From assembly GCA_022709865.1 (NCBI GenBank), contig JAKLIA010000002.1:82183-146182 (forward strand): a DNA stretch of 64,000 nucleotides, given 5' to 3'. This DNA is from Patescibacteria group bacterium (GTDB taxonomy: Bacteria; Patescibacteriota; Minisyncoccia; Portnoybacterales; GWB1-42-6). Under the pieces are notes generated by a model. It was not told where the DNA came from and made no database searches. It was given only the letters and a program-made list of their open reading frames with translations. The position numbers were made by a program, and so were the translations under genes. Positions 37,803-46,048 of this stretch are shown piece after piece (the stretch's first letter is position 1; each line of letters starts with the position of its first letter).

Positions 37803-39113
37803 TTATCTGTTTTCCCAGCTATCGTCTTGCCGAATCAACAACTCCTTAGCGCGCTGGGGCTCAGCCATCAATTCTTTCACTATCCGCTCCATCCGAATGC
37901 TTTGGGACCCCTTAACCAAGATAATATCTCCTTCACGGATCAGGTCTTGAAGCGCCCGGCCTGCTTCCTCTGAGCTGGCAAAATACCAAACATTTTCCTT
38001 GGCTAAACCGTTCTTTTTGGCTTCATCGGCCATAAAAATAGATTTTTCGCCCACCGCCAGCAGGATATCCGCCACCTGCGCGGCCCTGGCGCCAATTTTC
38101 CTATGCGCTTCTTCGGTAAAAGAACCTAGCTCCAGCATATCTCCCAACGCCGCAATCCTTCTAACCGATTCGTCGCTGCCGCCCATTTTTTCCAATAGGT
38201 CTAAGGCGCCCAAAGATGAGCTAGGGGATGAATTATATGTGTCATCGATTATCCAAGTGTTTTTTATGCCGCGAATAAGTTGTAAACGGCCTATAGGCGC
38301 CTGATAGTTCTTAAAAGCCTGGGCGATCTCTACCAGATTCATTTTAAAAACTAGCCCCACAGCCACGCCGGCCAAGATCGAATAGACCTGATGCTGCGCA
38401 TAAACATGGCGCAAACGGATTGGCACATTACTGCCCTGATAATCAACTTTGAAGGAAATCCCGGCTTCAGCCGGATCTTCCAGCCTTTGTTCAAAATTAG
38501 AAGCCCGCAGATCCGCTTTTTCATCAAAGCCATAAGAGAAAACTTGGGCTGAAGTTTTGCGCATCATCGCGCGCACCCGTTGGTCATCATAATTTAAAAC
38601 CGCCCAGCCTTCTCCCTTTAAGCATTTAACCAAACCGGATTTTTCCTTAGCCACTTGCTCGGCGCTTTGAAAAAATTCAACATGCACCGGGATATCGCCC
38701 ACAGCCGTTATCACTCCGATACAGCATTTAACAAAATCCGTCAGATAAGAAATATCACCCATTTTATCCGCGCCCATTTCCAAAACCAATATTTTAGGAT
38801 AATCTTTTGTGTAAAATATCTCGAAAAAACCGATCAAAAATATCTGCAGCCACCTCCACGGCGATTGCCCGCCGCTTTCCTGGCCCAAGATGGTCAAAGG
38901 AACGCCGATCTCGTTATTGTAATTTTTTATATTGCGACGAACATTGAACTTGCCTTTCAAAACGGTATAAATGGCTTCCTTGGCAGAAGTTTTTCCCACG
39001 CTTCCTGTCACGCCAATAATTTGCGGCTTATAACGCCACAGTATCGCCTGCGCAAGAACCTTTAAGATAAACATCAAAAGTTTTTTAGCCATAAATTGTT
39101 TTTGCCTATTCAA
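37803..39113 (-). CDS. murF: UDP-N-acetylmuramoyl-tripeptide--D-alanyl-D-alanine ligase
   Basis: GVTGSVGKTSAKEAI P-loop. Mur ligase middle and C-terminal domains. Confidence 0.9.
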   Translation of the reverse strand: MNRQKQFMAKKLLMFILKVLAQAILWRYKPQIIGVTGSVGKTSAKEAIYTVLKGKFNVRRNIKNYNNEIGVPLTILGQESGGQSPWRWLQIFLIGFFEIFYTKDYPKILVLEMGADKMGDISYLTDFVKCCIGVITAVGDIPVHVEFFQSAEQVAKEKSGLVKCLKGEGWAVLNYDDQRVRAMMRKTSAQVFSYGFDEKADLRASNFEQRLEDPAEAGISFKVDYQGSNVPIRLRHVYAQHQVYSILAGVAVGLVFKMNLVEIAQAFKNYQAPIGRLQLIRGIKNTWIIDDTYNSSPSSSLGALDLLEKMGGSDESVRRIAALGDMLELGSFTEEAHRKIGARAAQVADILLAVGEKSIFMADEAKKNGLAKENVWYFASSEEAGRALQDLIREGDIILVKGSQSIRMERIVKELMAEPQRAKELLIRQDDSWENR

Positions 39114-39118
39114 GAAAA

Positions 39119-40819
39119 TTATTCTTCCGGCGGAATCTCATAATAATTAAATAAGTATCTGGCTAGATCCGTAAAAACCGGGGACAAGGATTCAGAAGCA
39201 AATTGAATGCCATTTGGCTTTTCCATCCTCAAAAATATTAAAAACTTTGGGTCGTAAGCCGGCGCATAACCGATAAAAGAATGGTTGGTTTCGTTCTCCG
39301 AATACCCCTTGCCCGAAGCAATCTGGGCTGTACCGGTCTTGCCAGCCACAAAGTATCCCGGCAATTTTACTTTATCATAGCCATTGCGAACCGTGCTAAC
39401 CAGCATAGCCGTTAGCTTAGCGGCGCTTTGCGGGGTTATAACTTGCCGAATTATCTCTGGCTGGACTGTTGTTTCTTGGCCATCGGGCGCAACGATTTTT
39501 TCCACTACATATGGTCGCATAAGCTTGCCATCATTGGCAATAGCGGCAATGGCGCTAGCCATTTCTATCGGCGTCACCGAAACGCCTTGCCCGAACGCCG
39601 CGGTGGCGTAGTTTATTTCCCTGTTTTCTTTAATATTTTTTAAATTGCCTTCTCCCTCACCGGCCAGGTCAATGCCGGTAGCTTCGCCGAATCCGAAAGC
39701 TTCAATATATTTTGTAAAAGTTTCTCCGCCGACAATCTTCTGCACAAAAACTACGCCGGTATTGATAGATTTTTCTAGAACATTGGTCATGGTGCTCAGC
39801 CCATAAGTCTTATTCTGCGCGTTTTGGATATTATAACTGCCGATTTGCAAAATGCCTGTGTCGGTATAAGTTGTTTCCGGAGAGATCTTTCCCGTATCCA
39901 GCCCGGCTGCCATCACAATGGGTTTAAAAACCGAACCTGGCTCATAAAGCTTTTGAACGCAAGAGTTCATAAAATAATCCGCATCCTTGGTTTTCCGATA
40001 TTCGTTAGGGTCAAAATCCGGCAAACTTACCATAGCACGAATAGCGCCGGTTTTTGGCTCCATAACTATGGCGCAAGCGGCCGGCGCTTGCCATTTTTCT
40101 ATCAAAGCCTTCATTCTTTGCTCCACCACATATTGGATATTCTGGTCTAAGGTCAAATAAAGGCTGCTGCCATTCACCGCCGGCTCCAAGCTATAATCTC
40201 CCATTAAAAGCCAATTACCCAAAGCGTCTTTTTCAGAATCTAATAAACCGCTTTGGCCGGCTAAGGTTTCTTGGTAATACTGCTCCACCCCATACTGTCC
40301 CACCCGCTCTTCGTTTTTTATGCCCAAAAACCCCAGAACATTAGCCGCTAAGCTTCCCTGCGGATACCATCGCCAATCCTCCGATATCATTTCAACTCCG
40401 GCTAGGTTTAACTCTTTTATTTTAGCCGCTGTTTCATCGTCCATTTTTGATTTCAACGGCTCGTAAGGATCATTGGGATCATCAAGTTTTTCTAATATCT
40501 TTTCCGCGGAAACATCGACTAATGGCGCTATTTTTTCCGCTACTTCATTTTTATCAACCACATCTTTTGGCACCAAATAAACCGTCTGGAAAGACCTGTT
40601 AGCCGCCAAAGACCTCCAAGCCCCGCCTTTCTCTTGAATATATATCTCGCCGCGGTCAGGTATTAGGGTTTTTAACACTTCGTGTTGCCCTTTAGCTAAA
40701 GCAGTAAAATAACTGTGCCTGATTATTTGAAAATAAAATAAGCGGACTGCCACAACGCCCGCTACCAGCACCAACAAAACCAACAAAGTATATAGCCTTA
40801 GATTCCCAAATTTACGCAT
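39119..40819 (-). CDS. ftsI: Peptidoglycan D,D-transpeptidase (class B PBP, FtsI/PBP2-like)
   Basis: N-terminal TM anchor, dimerisation domain, SVFK (SxxK), SIN (SxN), KTGT motifs. Confidence 0.9.
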   Translation of the reverse strand: MRKFGNLRLYTLLVLLVLVAGVVAVRLFYFQIIRHSYFTALAKGQHEVLKTLIPDRGEIYIQEKGGAWRSLAANRSFQTVYLVPKDVVDKNEVAEKIAPLVDVSAEKILEKLDDPNDPYEPLKSKMDDETAAKIKELNLAGVEMISEDWRWYPQGSLAANVLGFLGIKNEERVGQYGVEQYYQETLAGQSGLLDSEKDALGNWLLMGDYSLEPAVNGSSLYLTLDQNIQYVVEQRMKALIEKWQAPAACAIVMEPKTGAIRAMVSLPDFDPNEYRKTKDADYFMNSCVQKLYEPGSVFKPIVMAAGLDTGKISPETTYTDTGILQIGSYNIQNAQNKTYGLSTMTNVLEKSINTGVVFVQKIVGGETFTKYIEAFGFGEATGIDLAGEGEGNLKNIKENREINYATAAFGQGVSVTPIEMASAIAAIANDGKLMRPYVVEKIVAPDGQETTVQPEIIRQVITPQSAAKLTAMLVSTVRNGYDKVKLPGYFVAGKTGTAQIASGKGYSENETNHSFIGYAPAYDPKFLIFLRMEKPNGIQFASESLSPVFTDLARYLFNYYEIPPEE

Positions 40820-40835
40820 TAAAAATCAATAACTG

Positions 40836-41171
40836 TTATGGCTGTTGCAATAAAGCAAAAAACTCAGAAGAAACTTTCAAATAGTCAACATTCTCCACTG
40901 CTACCAAGTTTAAGTTTTTAGCTGCTCCCTCCAAGCTCGCCATTGATTTGGCCTGCATCAGGGCAACCATCATTTTTTGATTAGAATCCTGTTTTTCTTC
41001 TAAAGCAGCTTGCGCTGAACGCAATTGGAAGTTTTTAGCCACAATGCTATTGGCTTGCGCTAAATAAAGCACGCTCAATAAAAAAAGGCCAAAAATTATC
41101 GCCACTGTTAAAGAAGCGCTGCCCTTTTCTTTGTCGGCAAAAGCCGATTTTTTGGGATTGTAATAGGTCAT
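40836..41171 (-). CDS. ftsL: FtsL-like cell-division protein
   Basis: Single TM plus coiled coil. Lies between rsmH and ftsI as in canonical dcw clusters. Confidence 0.6.
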   Translation of the reverse strand: MTYYNPKKSAFADKEKGSASLTVAIIFGLFLLSVLYLAQANSIVAKNFQLRSAQAALEEKQDSNQKMMVALMQAKSMASLEGAAKNLNLVAVENVDYLKVSSEFFALLQQP

Positions 41172-41234
41172 ATGTCCGGATTTCTAAGTTCCTGCCGGCT
41201 GCGCAATGCGCCACCGGCAAAAGACACGACTTAA

Positions 41235-42134
41235 TTATATTATTTTTTTAATGACGCGCATTTTAGCGCTACGGCTGCGGGGATTGCTGCTTATTTCCAA
41301 TTCCTGCGCCGTTATTGGTTTTTTTGTTAAAACTTCTACTTGGCCGTTTTTAGCTTGATCGCGAAAAAAGTTTTTTACTATCCTGTCTTCTAAAGAATGA
41401 AACGATATAACCGCTAATTTTCCTCCAACAACTAGAACATCCAAGGCCTGAGGCAAAAATCTTTGAAGATTTCCCAATTCGTCATTGGTGGCAATGCGCA
41501 AAGCCTGAAAAACTCTTGTAGCAAAGTGTATCCTGGCATGTTGAAATTTTTGCGGAATGGCTTTAGCCACAATGGCCACCAATTCCGATGTATTTAAAAT
41601 TGATCTTATTTTTCTATTTTTTACTATCTCCTCGGCCACCCTTCTGGCAAAAGGCTCTTCTCCGTATTCTTTTAAAACCTTCTCTATTTCTTGCTCGCCC
41701 CAATGGTTCAATATTTCCCGCGCTGTCAGTTCTTGCTCCAAAGAATATCTCATGTCTAGCGCTTCGTCTTTCAGGAAAGAAAATCCTCGGCCGCTATTTT
41801 CCAGCTGGTCAGAAGATAATCCCAGGTCCACCACTATTCCCGCCACTGGATTAAAATCGTTTTTTAAAACCTGCTCTTTTAAATTAGCGTAGCTATCGTT
41901 AATAAAAATTATTCTGGCAGCCAAATCTTTGCTTTCTTCCAAAACCTTATTTTTGGTCCTCGCCAGAGATTCAGCATCCCAATCAAATCCCATTAAGCGG
42001 CCATCCGGAGAAGTTTTATCTAAAATCGCCAATGCATGTCCTGCCGCCCCTAAGGTTCCGTCTATAAAATTATCACCGGGCTGGGGATCCAAATATTCAA
42101 TTAACTCTTCACGAAGAACGGGAATATGCAACAT
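41235..42134 (-). CDS. rsmH: 16S rRNA (cytosine1402-N4)-methyltransferase RsmH (MraW)
   Basis: MLHIPVLREELIEYLDPQPGDNFIDGTLGAAGHALAIL SAM-binding N-terminus. Confidence 0.9.
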   Translation of the reverse strand: MLHIPVLREELIEYLDPQPGDNFIDGTLGAAGHALAILDKTSPDGRLMGFDWDAESLARTKNKVLEESKDLAARIIFINDSYANLKEQVLKNDFNPVAGIVVDLGLSSDQLENSGRGFSFLKDEALDMRYSLEQELTAREILNHWGEQEIEKVLKEYGEEPFARRVAEEIVKNRKIRSILNTSELVAIVAKAIPQKFQHARIHFATRVFQALRIATNDELGNLQRFLPQALDVLVVGGKLAVISFHSLEDRIVKNFFRDQAKNGQVEVLTKKPITAQELEISSNPRSRSAKMRVIKKII

Positions 42135-42230
42135 ATTTTTAGCTTCCGAACCGCAAGCCGTAAGCCAAAAGGTTTACGAGTTTGCGGCCTCCGGTTCGGA
42201 TACTGATTTTTTAATTCTTAAACAAGAACA

Positions 42231-42662
42231 TTAAAATCCGATCTCCGATAATTTGCTCGCCATATCGCCCACCGATTTTTCGGTTTTCTGCTTATAGATA
42301 TCCCACTGTTTCTGGTCCCAGATCTCCAAATGGTTAAAAACGCCAGCAATCACAATATTCTTTTCTATCGCCGCATATTGTTTTAAATAGTCGGGCACCA
42401 AGATCCTTCCCAAGCTGTCAAAATCAACTTCCGCCGCGCCCGAGAGGATAACTCTGGCCAATCCCCGCGCCTCAACTTGTCCGGTTGGCAATTTGCTTAA
42501 TTTATCTGCTAGTTTTTCCCATTCTTTCAAAGGGTATAGCGCCAAACAATTATCAAGGCCGCGTGTTAACACCGCGCCCTTGCCCAGCTCTTTTCTAAGC
42601 TTGGCCGGAATTGCCAAGCGCTTCTTTTCATCAATAGTGTGTTGATATTCCCCTATTAGCAC
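42231..42662 (-). CDS. mraZ: Transcriptional regulator MraZ
   Basis: (V)[50 protein letters not shown] aligns with B. subtilis [24 protein letters not shown]... GTG start at 42662. The 78 upstream codons in the track ORF are probably structured 5' UTR. Confidence 0.8.
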   Translation of the reverse strand: [143 protein letters not shown]

Positions 42663-42837
42663 GATTTTGTTAATTGTTCCGGACGCAGCGAGGGATCTCC
42701 TCGCTAAGGTGAATCTCGTTCTATGACGAGAGATCCTTCGCTTCACCCAGAACAATTTATTAAAGATATTTCGGACACAGCGAGGAGTCTTTCCATAAAG
42801 GCTCCTCCCTTCATCCGAGATAACCCCTCGAGAAGTT

Positions 42838-43040
42838 ATCCACAGAATTGATGACTTACTAACACCTTTATCCACAATTATCCACTGCATCTCCATTATA
42901 TTCCACTTTCATAATACTCGTCAACCACCCTAATCCACTCCCCTTTATCATTTTTACCTCAGCACTTTAAAAGCCTTGAATAAGGCATAAATTAAAAAAA
43001 GCCGGCAAAAAACCGACTCTCTGTTAACAAGTTATCCACT
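42838..43040 (+). promoter_or_regulatory. Cluster of four co-oriented DnaA-box 9-mers (3x TTATCCACA, 1x TTATCCACT) plus a fifth near-match
   Basis: agTTATCCACAgaa (42838), tTTATCCACAaTTATCCACTgc (42869/42880), agTTATCCACTttt (43032). Between mraZ and tRNA-Val, with AT-rich sequence between. Confidence 0.55.
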
Positions 43041-43081
43041 TTTGCTATATTATCTTCCGGCTCGCCTTGTTAAATCTTGGG

Positions 43082-43153
43082 TGGGCAATGCTGGGATCGG
43101 ACCAGCGGCCTTGCCGATGTGAACGGCACGCTCTACCACTGAGCTAATTGCCC
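43082..43153 (-). tRNA. tRNA-Val (anticodon CAC) with unusual T-loop TCCGATC (C at position 55)
   Basis: GGGCAATTAGCTCAGTGGTAGAGCGTGCCGTTCACATCGGCAAGGCCGCTGGTCCGATCCCAGCATTGCCCA. Perfect acceptor, D, anticodon and T stems. Confidence 0.7.
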
Positions 43154-43167
43154 GGCCTCATATAAGC

Positions 43168-43770
43168 TTATACGAACTTTAACTTGTTCAATAATTTTTC
43201 GTGTGGTTTTTCCAGGATATCGCGCACGAACCGGTCGAACATATGGAAGCGATAATCAAACTCTTTTGTTTCCATAGCCGCATATTCTATTTCTTTGCCG
43301 ACTTCCGCTTCCATATCCGCCAAAAACCTCATTAATTTATTATGCGAGATATCGTCGCCAACCAAAAACAGGTCCAGGCGGCTATTTTCAGTATTCAAAA
43401 AGACCCCGCTGATCAAAGCCATTTTTATACGCCCGATCTTTAGCAAGCGGCTCAGCATTTTTTCTTTGGAGGTGGGGCTGGATTTCAGAACCAAGCTTTG
43501 CAGCTCGTTATAAAAATCGAAGTTCTGGTTAACAACAAAATATAAGCCACCAACGATTTCTTTTTTCTTATTAGGCTTTATTCTTTTTGACAGCAAAAAA
43601 CCAATGCTTTCCAGGCCCTTAACTTGTTTTATTACCATTCTCTTGCTCCCCTGTGTTTTCCTAACTATCTCCGACATCAAATAGCGCCTATTGGCGTTGC
43701 GCAAAAAAAGCTTAAGCAGTTTCACTTTAATAGGAGAATCAAACAACAATTCAAGTATTCTTTCTGGCAT
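43168..43770 (-). CDS. Hypothetical protein (N-terminal wHTH-like, C-terminal nucleotidyltransferase-like G-S...D motif)
   Basis: LKLFLRNANRRYLMSEIVRKTQGSKRMVIKQVKGLESIGFL resembles a winged helix. ALISGVFLNTENSRLDLFLVGDD resembles a minimal NTase motif. Weak. Confidence 0.4.
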   Translation of the reverse strand: MPERILELLFDSPIKVKLLKLFLRNANRRYLMSEIVRKTQGSKRMVIKQVKGLESIGFLLSKRIKPNKKKEIVGGLYFVVNQNFDFYNELQSLVLKSSPTSKEKMLSRLLKIGRIKMALISGVFLNTENSRLDLFLVGDDISHNKLMRFLADMEAEVGKEIEYAAMETKEFDYRFHMFDRFVRDILEKPHEKLLNKLKFV

Positions 43771-43844
43771 ATTAAAAAAGAGGTCTCCCTCCGTACCTGT
43801 TAAAATATATATTAAAAGATTAGTCTTTTTTGTTAATTCTGTCT

Positions 43845-43975
43845 ACCCCGTTAGGGGTTTATTAAAAGACTTCTATTTTCTATTCAACTAAGCCGTTAGG
43901 CGCCATCGCCCGCTTATTTGGCTAAAGGAAACTATACCTGAATCCCTAATGGGGTCTACCCCGTTAGGGATTTGC
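43845..43975 (+). ncRNA. Copy 1 of a two-copy ~130-nt structured intergenic element (candidate sRNA)
   Basis: Terminal helix ACCCCGUUAGGG / CCCUAAUGGGGU (12 bp including a G·U). Conserved core AGCCGUUAGGCGCCAUCGCCCGC with GGCG-CCAU-CGCC hairpin. Second copy at 54968..55097 shows compensatory changes. Confidence 0.45.
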
Positions 43976-44038
43976 CCATTTGGCCAATATTTTGCCGCCT
44001 GCCTATGCCTGTTTTTTAATATTTGATATAATATCCTC

Positions 44039-44785
44039 ATGATCAAAACCGAGGAAATCTTAATAAAATCGCCCCGCGAAAAAAACACCCTTTGCGAGAC
44101 CTTCCTCTATGAACCCGGCAATATAGAAGAAGCGGCTTTAGGCAACCTTTATATTGTAGCCCAACTTTCCACGGATAAAGACTCCCTGCATTTGATAAAC
44201 CTTTTAAGCTCCCTGATAAAACGCGAATATTATTTGCTGCCCCACCGCGGGCCCATCGAGTCCCTGGAGGCTGGCCTTAAAAAGGCTAACCAAACTCTAA
44301 GCGAAGTTGCCAACCAGGGCAATCTTAATTGGTTAGGAAAAATACATTTTATCTGCGCTGCCATCAATAAAGAAAAGGAGCTTTTTTTAACCCAGACCGG
44401 CGGCGCCCAAGCTTGGCTTTGCCGCGATGGCCAATTAGTGAATATAACTAAAAAATTAGTTCTGCCAACCGCTAAAACTCATCCGGCCAAAACTTTCCAA
44501 AGCGTTATTTCCGGCGCTATTTCTCCCAGCGATAAGATAATTTTTGGCACGCCGGCCATATTTGATTTTTTCTCCCTTCCCGGCCTTAAACAGATCTTTA
44601 GCCTCCCAAAAATCTCGATGATGGCCGACCAAATAAACAAAACCCTAAGAGAAGAAAAACAGCCGCCGTCCTTAAGCGCTTTGATGCTTGAGATCATAAC
44701 CGAAGAGATCCCAGAACCGGCAGCAAAAGGGCCAAAATCCTTTATTACTCCGCCAATAAGCCTAAAAGAGATTTTAAGCCCCTAG
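44039..44785 (+). CDS. PP2C/SpoIIE-fold-like protein, probably catalytically degenerate
   Basis: GKIHFICAAINKEKELFLTQTGGAQAWLCRDGQLVNITKK parallels PP2C GTT..a....l.vanvGDSRa.L.r.G....LT.DH, but GDSR Asp is replaced (TGGAQ). No DGHGG motif. Confidence 0.4.
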   Translation: MIKTEEILIKSPREKNTLCETFLYEPGNIEEAALGNLYIVAQLSTDKDSLHLINLLSSLIKREYYLLPHRGPIESLEAGLKKANQTLSEVANQGNLNWLGKIHFICAAINKEKELFLTQTGGAQAWLCRDGQLVNITKKLVLPTAKTHPAKTFQSVISGAISPSDKIIFGTPAIFDFFSLPGLKQIFSLPKISMMADQINKTLREEKQPPSLSALMLEIITEEIPEPAAKGPKSFITPPISLKEILSP

Positions 44786-44808
44786 GCATCAAACCTAAAA
44801 TAGCAACA

Positions 44809-44848
44809 AAAAAAATCCGCCCTTATTACAGGGCGGATTTTTTATTTT
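44809..44848. terminator. Bidirectional terminator (44039 gene / rplL)
   Basis: aatccgccct-tattac-agggcggatt flanked by A- and T-runs. Confidence 0.65.
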
Positions 44849-44855
44849 TGCCTAA

Positions 44856-45269
44856 TTACTTCAGTTCAACAGTCGCGCCGGCTTCAGACAATTTCTTTCG
44901 AATTTCTTCAGCCTCTTCTTTCTTAACATTTTCTTTAACTACCTTTGGCGCTCCGTCAACCAAATCTTTGGCTTCTTTCAGGCCAAGACCGGTCACTTCA
45001 CGGACAACTTTAATAACATTGATCTTCTGGTCGCCCGCTGCTTTCAATTCAATATTGAAAGTGCTCTTCTCTTCTGCCGCGCCGGCTTCGCCAGCCCCAG
45101 CTCCAGCCGCACCGCCAGCCATCATAACCGGAGCCGCCGCTGAAACACCGAACTTTTCTTCCAAAACTTTAACCAATTCGGCTAAGTCCAAAACAGACAA
45201 TTCTTCGATCTGCTTTACCAAATCTTTAAACTTGGCAGGAACTTCAACATTCTTTTTTTCTTCTGACAT
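44856..45269 (-). CDS. rplL: 50S ribosomal protein L7/L12
   Basis: [48 protein letters not shown]...Ala/Gly hinge...[23 protein letters not shown]...GATVELK. Confidence 0.95.
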   Translation of the reverse strand: MSEEKKNVEVPAKFKDLVKQIEELSVLDLAELVKVLEEKFGVSAAAPVMMAGGAAGAGAGEAGAAEEKSTFNIELKAAGDQKINVIKVVREVTGLGLKEAKDLVDGAPKVVKENVKKEEAEEIRKKLSEAGATVELK

Positions 45270-45293
45270 ATTTTTATTTGTTATATTTAATAA

Positions 45294-45806
45294 TTATTTT
45301 TTAATTTGCGATAAAACTTGAACCAAACCTCTTATATTCCCCTGCAAAACATTCAACATTCCCGTTAAAGGCGCTGCCATCGACCCTACCGCCTTAGCCA
45401 GCAATTCCTGTTTTGAAGGAAGTTTAGCTAGGCTTAAAACGCCTTGCTTATCAATAAAATTATTTTCCAATATTCCGCCTAATATTTTTACTTGCTCGCC
45501 TTTTTTATCAAATTCGAAAATAGTCTTAGCCGACGCCACTTCATCAGAAAAACCCATCACTACCATCATTTGGCCCGGTAAGTTTCTGGCGTCAAGATTG
45601 CTTATACCGGCGTTCTTAACCGCTAAGTCTATTAAAGTTTTTTTAGCCACCTTAAGCTCGTTATCTTTGCTTCTCAATTTCCGGCGAAGCTCGGTTAATT
45701 TAGCTACGCTCATGCCGGTGTAGTCGGCAAAAACTGCCGCTTTGGCTTTTTTCAGCTTATCGGTTAAATCTTTTACGATATCTTGTTTTTGGGCTTTTGT
45801 TTGCAT
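45294..45806 (-). CDS. rplJ: 50S ribosomal protein L10
   Basis: MQTKAQKQDIVKDLTDKLKKAKAAVFADYTGMSVAKLTELRRKLR. Confidence 0.9.
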   Translation of the reverse strand: MQTKAQKQDIVKDLTDKLKKAKAAVFADYTGMSVAKLTELRRKLRSKDNELKVAKKTLIDLAVKNAGISNLDARNLPGQMMVVMGFSDEVASAKTIFEFDKKGEQVKILGGILENNFIDKQGVLSLAKLPSKQELLAKAVGSMAAPLTGMLNVLQGNIRGLVQVLSQIKK

Positions 45807-45990
45807 ATTTTTTATTAAAAAAACGCCTCAGACAGGCGTTATAATAACAAGCTTTTCGCCGTTTATCCCGAGCTGGTCGAGAAGCGATAAGCTGTTTCCG
45901 CCTGAACAGGACTTATTATTTTCGATTTTACTCATTGGTTTTACCCTGAGCGAAGTCGAAGGGCCTGTTTTCTTTGGCTGCCCCTTAGGG
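45807..45990 (-). promoter_or_regulatory. rplJ 5' leader with attenuator hairpin (candidate L10-leader autoregulatory RNA)
   Basis: Just upstream of rplJ ATG on the minus strand: AACGCCUGUCUGAGGCGUUUUUUU hairpin + U-tract. Roughly 180 nt of non-coding structured sequence upstream. Confidence 0.4.
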
Positions 45991-46048
45991 CAATATTTAA
46001 TTTATGTTTCTATTATACGCGCAATCTTAAAATTGTCAACCGCTTGGC

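Noticed and set aside
42663-42896. N-terminal 78 codons of the 221-aa track ORF fused to mraZ
   Set aside because: MraZ aligns full-length from the GTG at 42662. The upstream portion is a stack of palindromic stems with no protein-like composition, so it is treated as 5' UTR.
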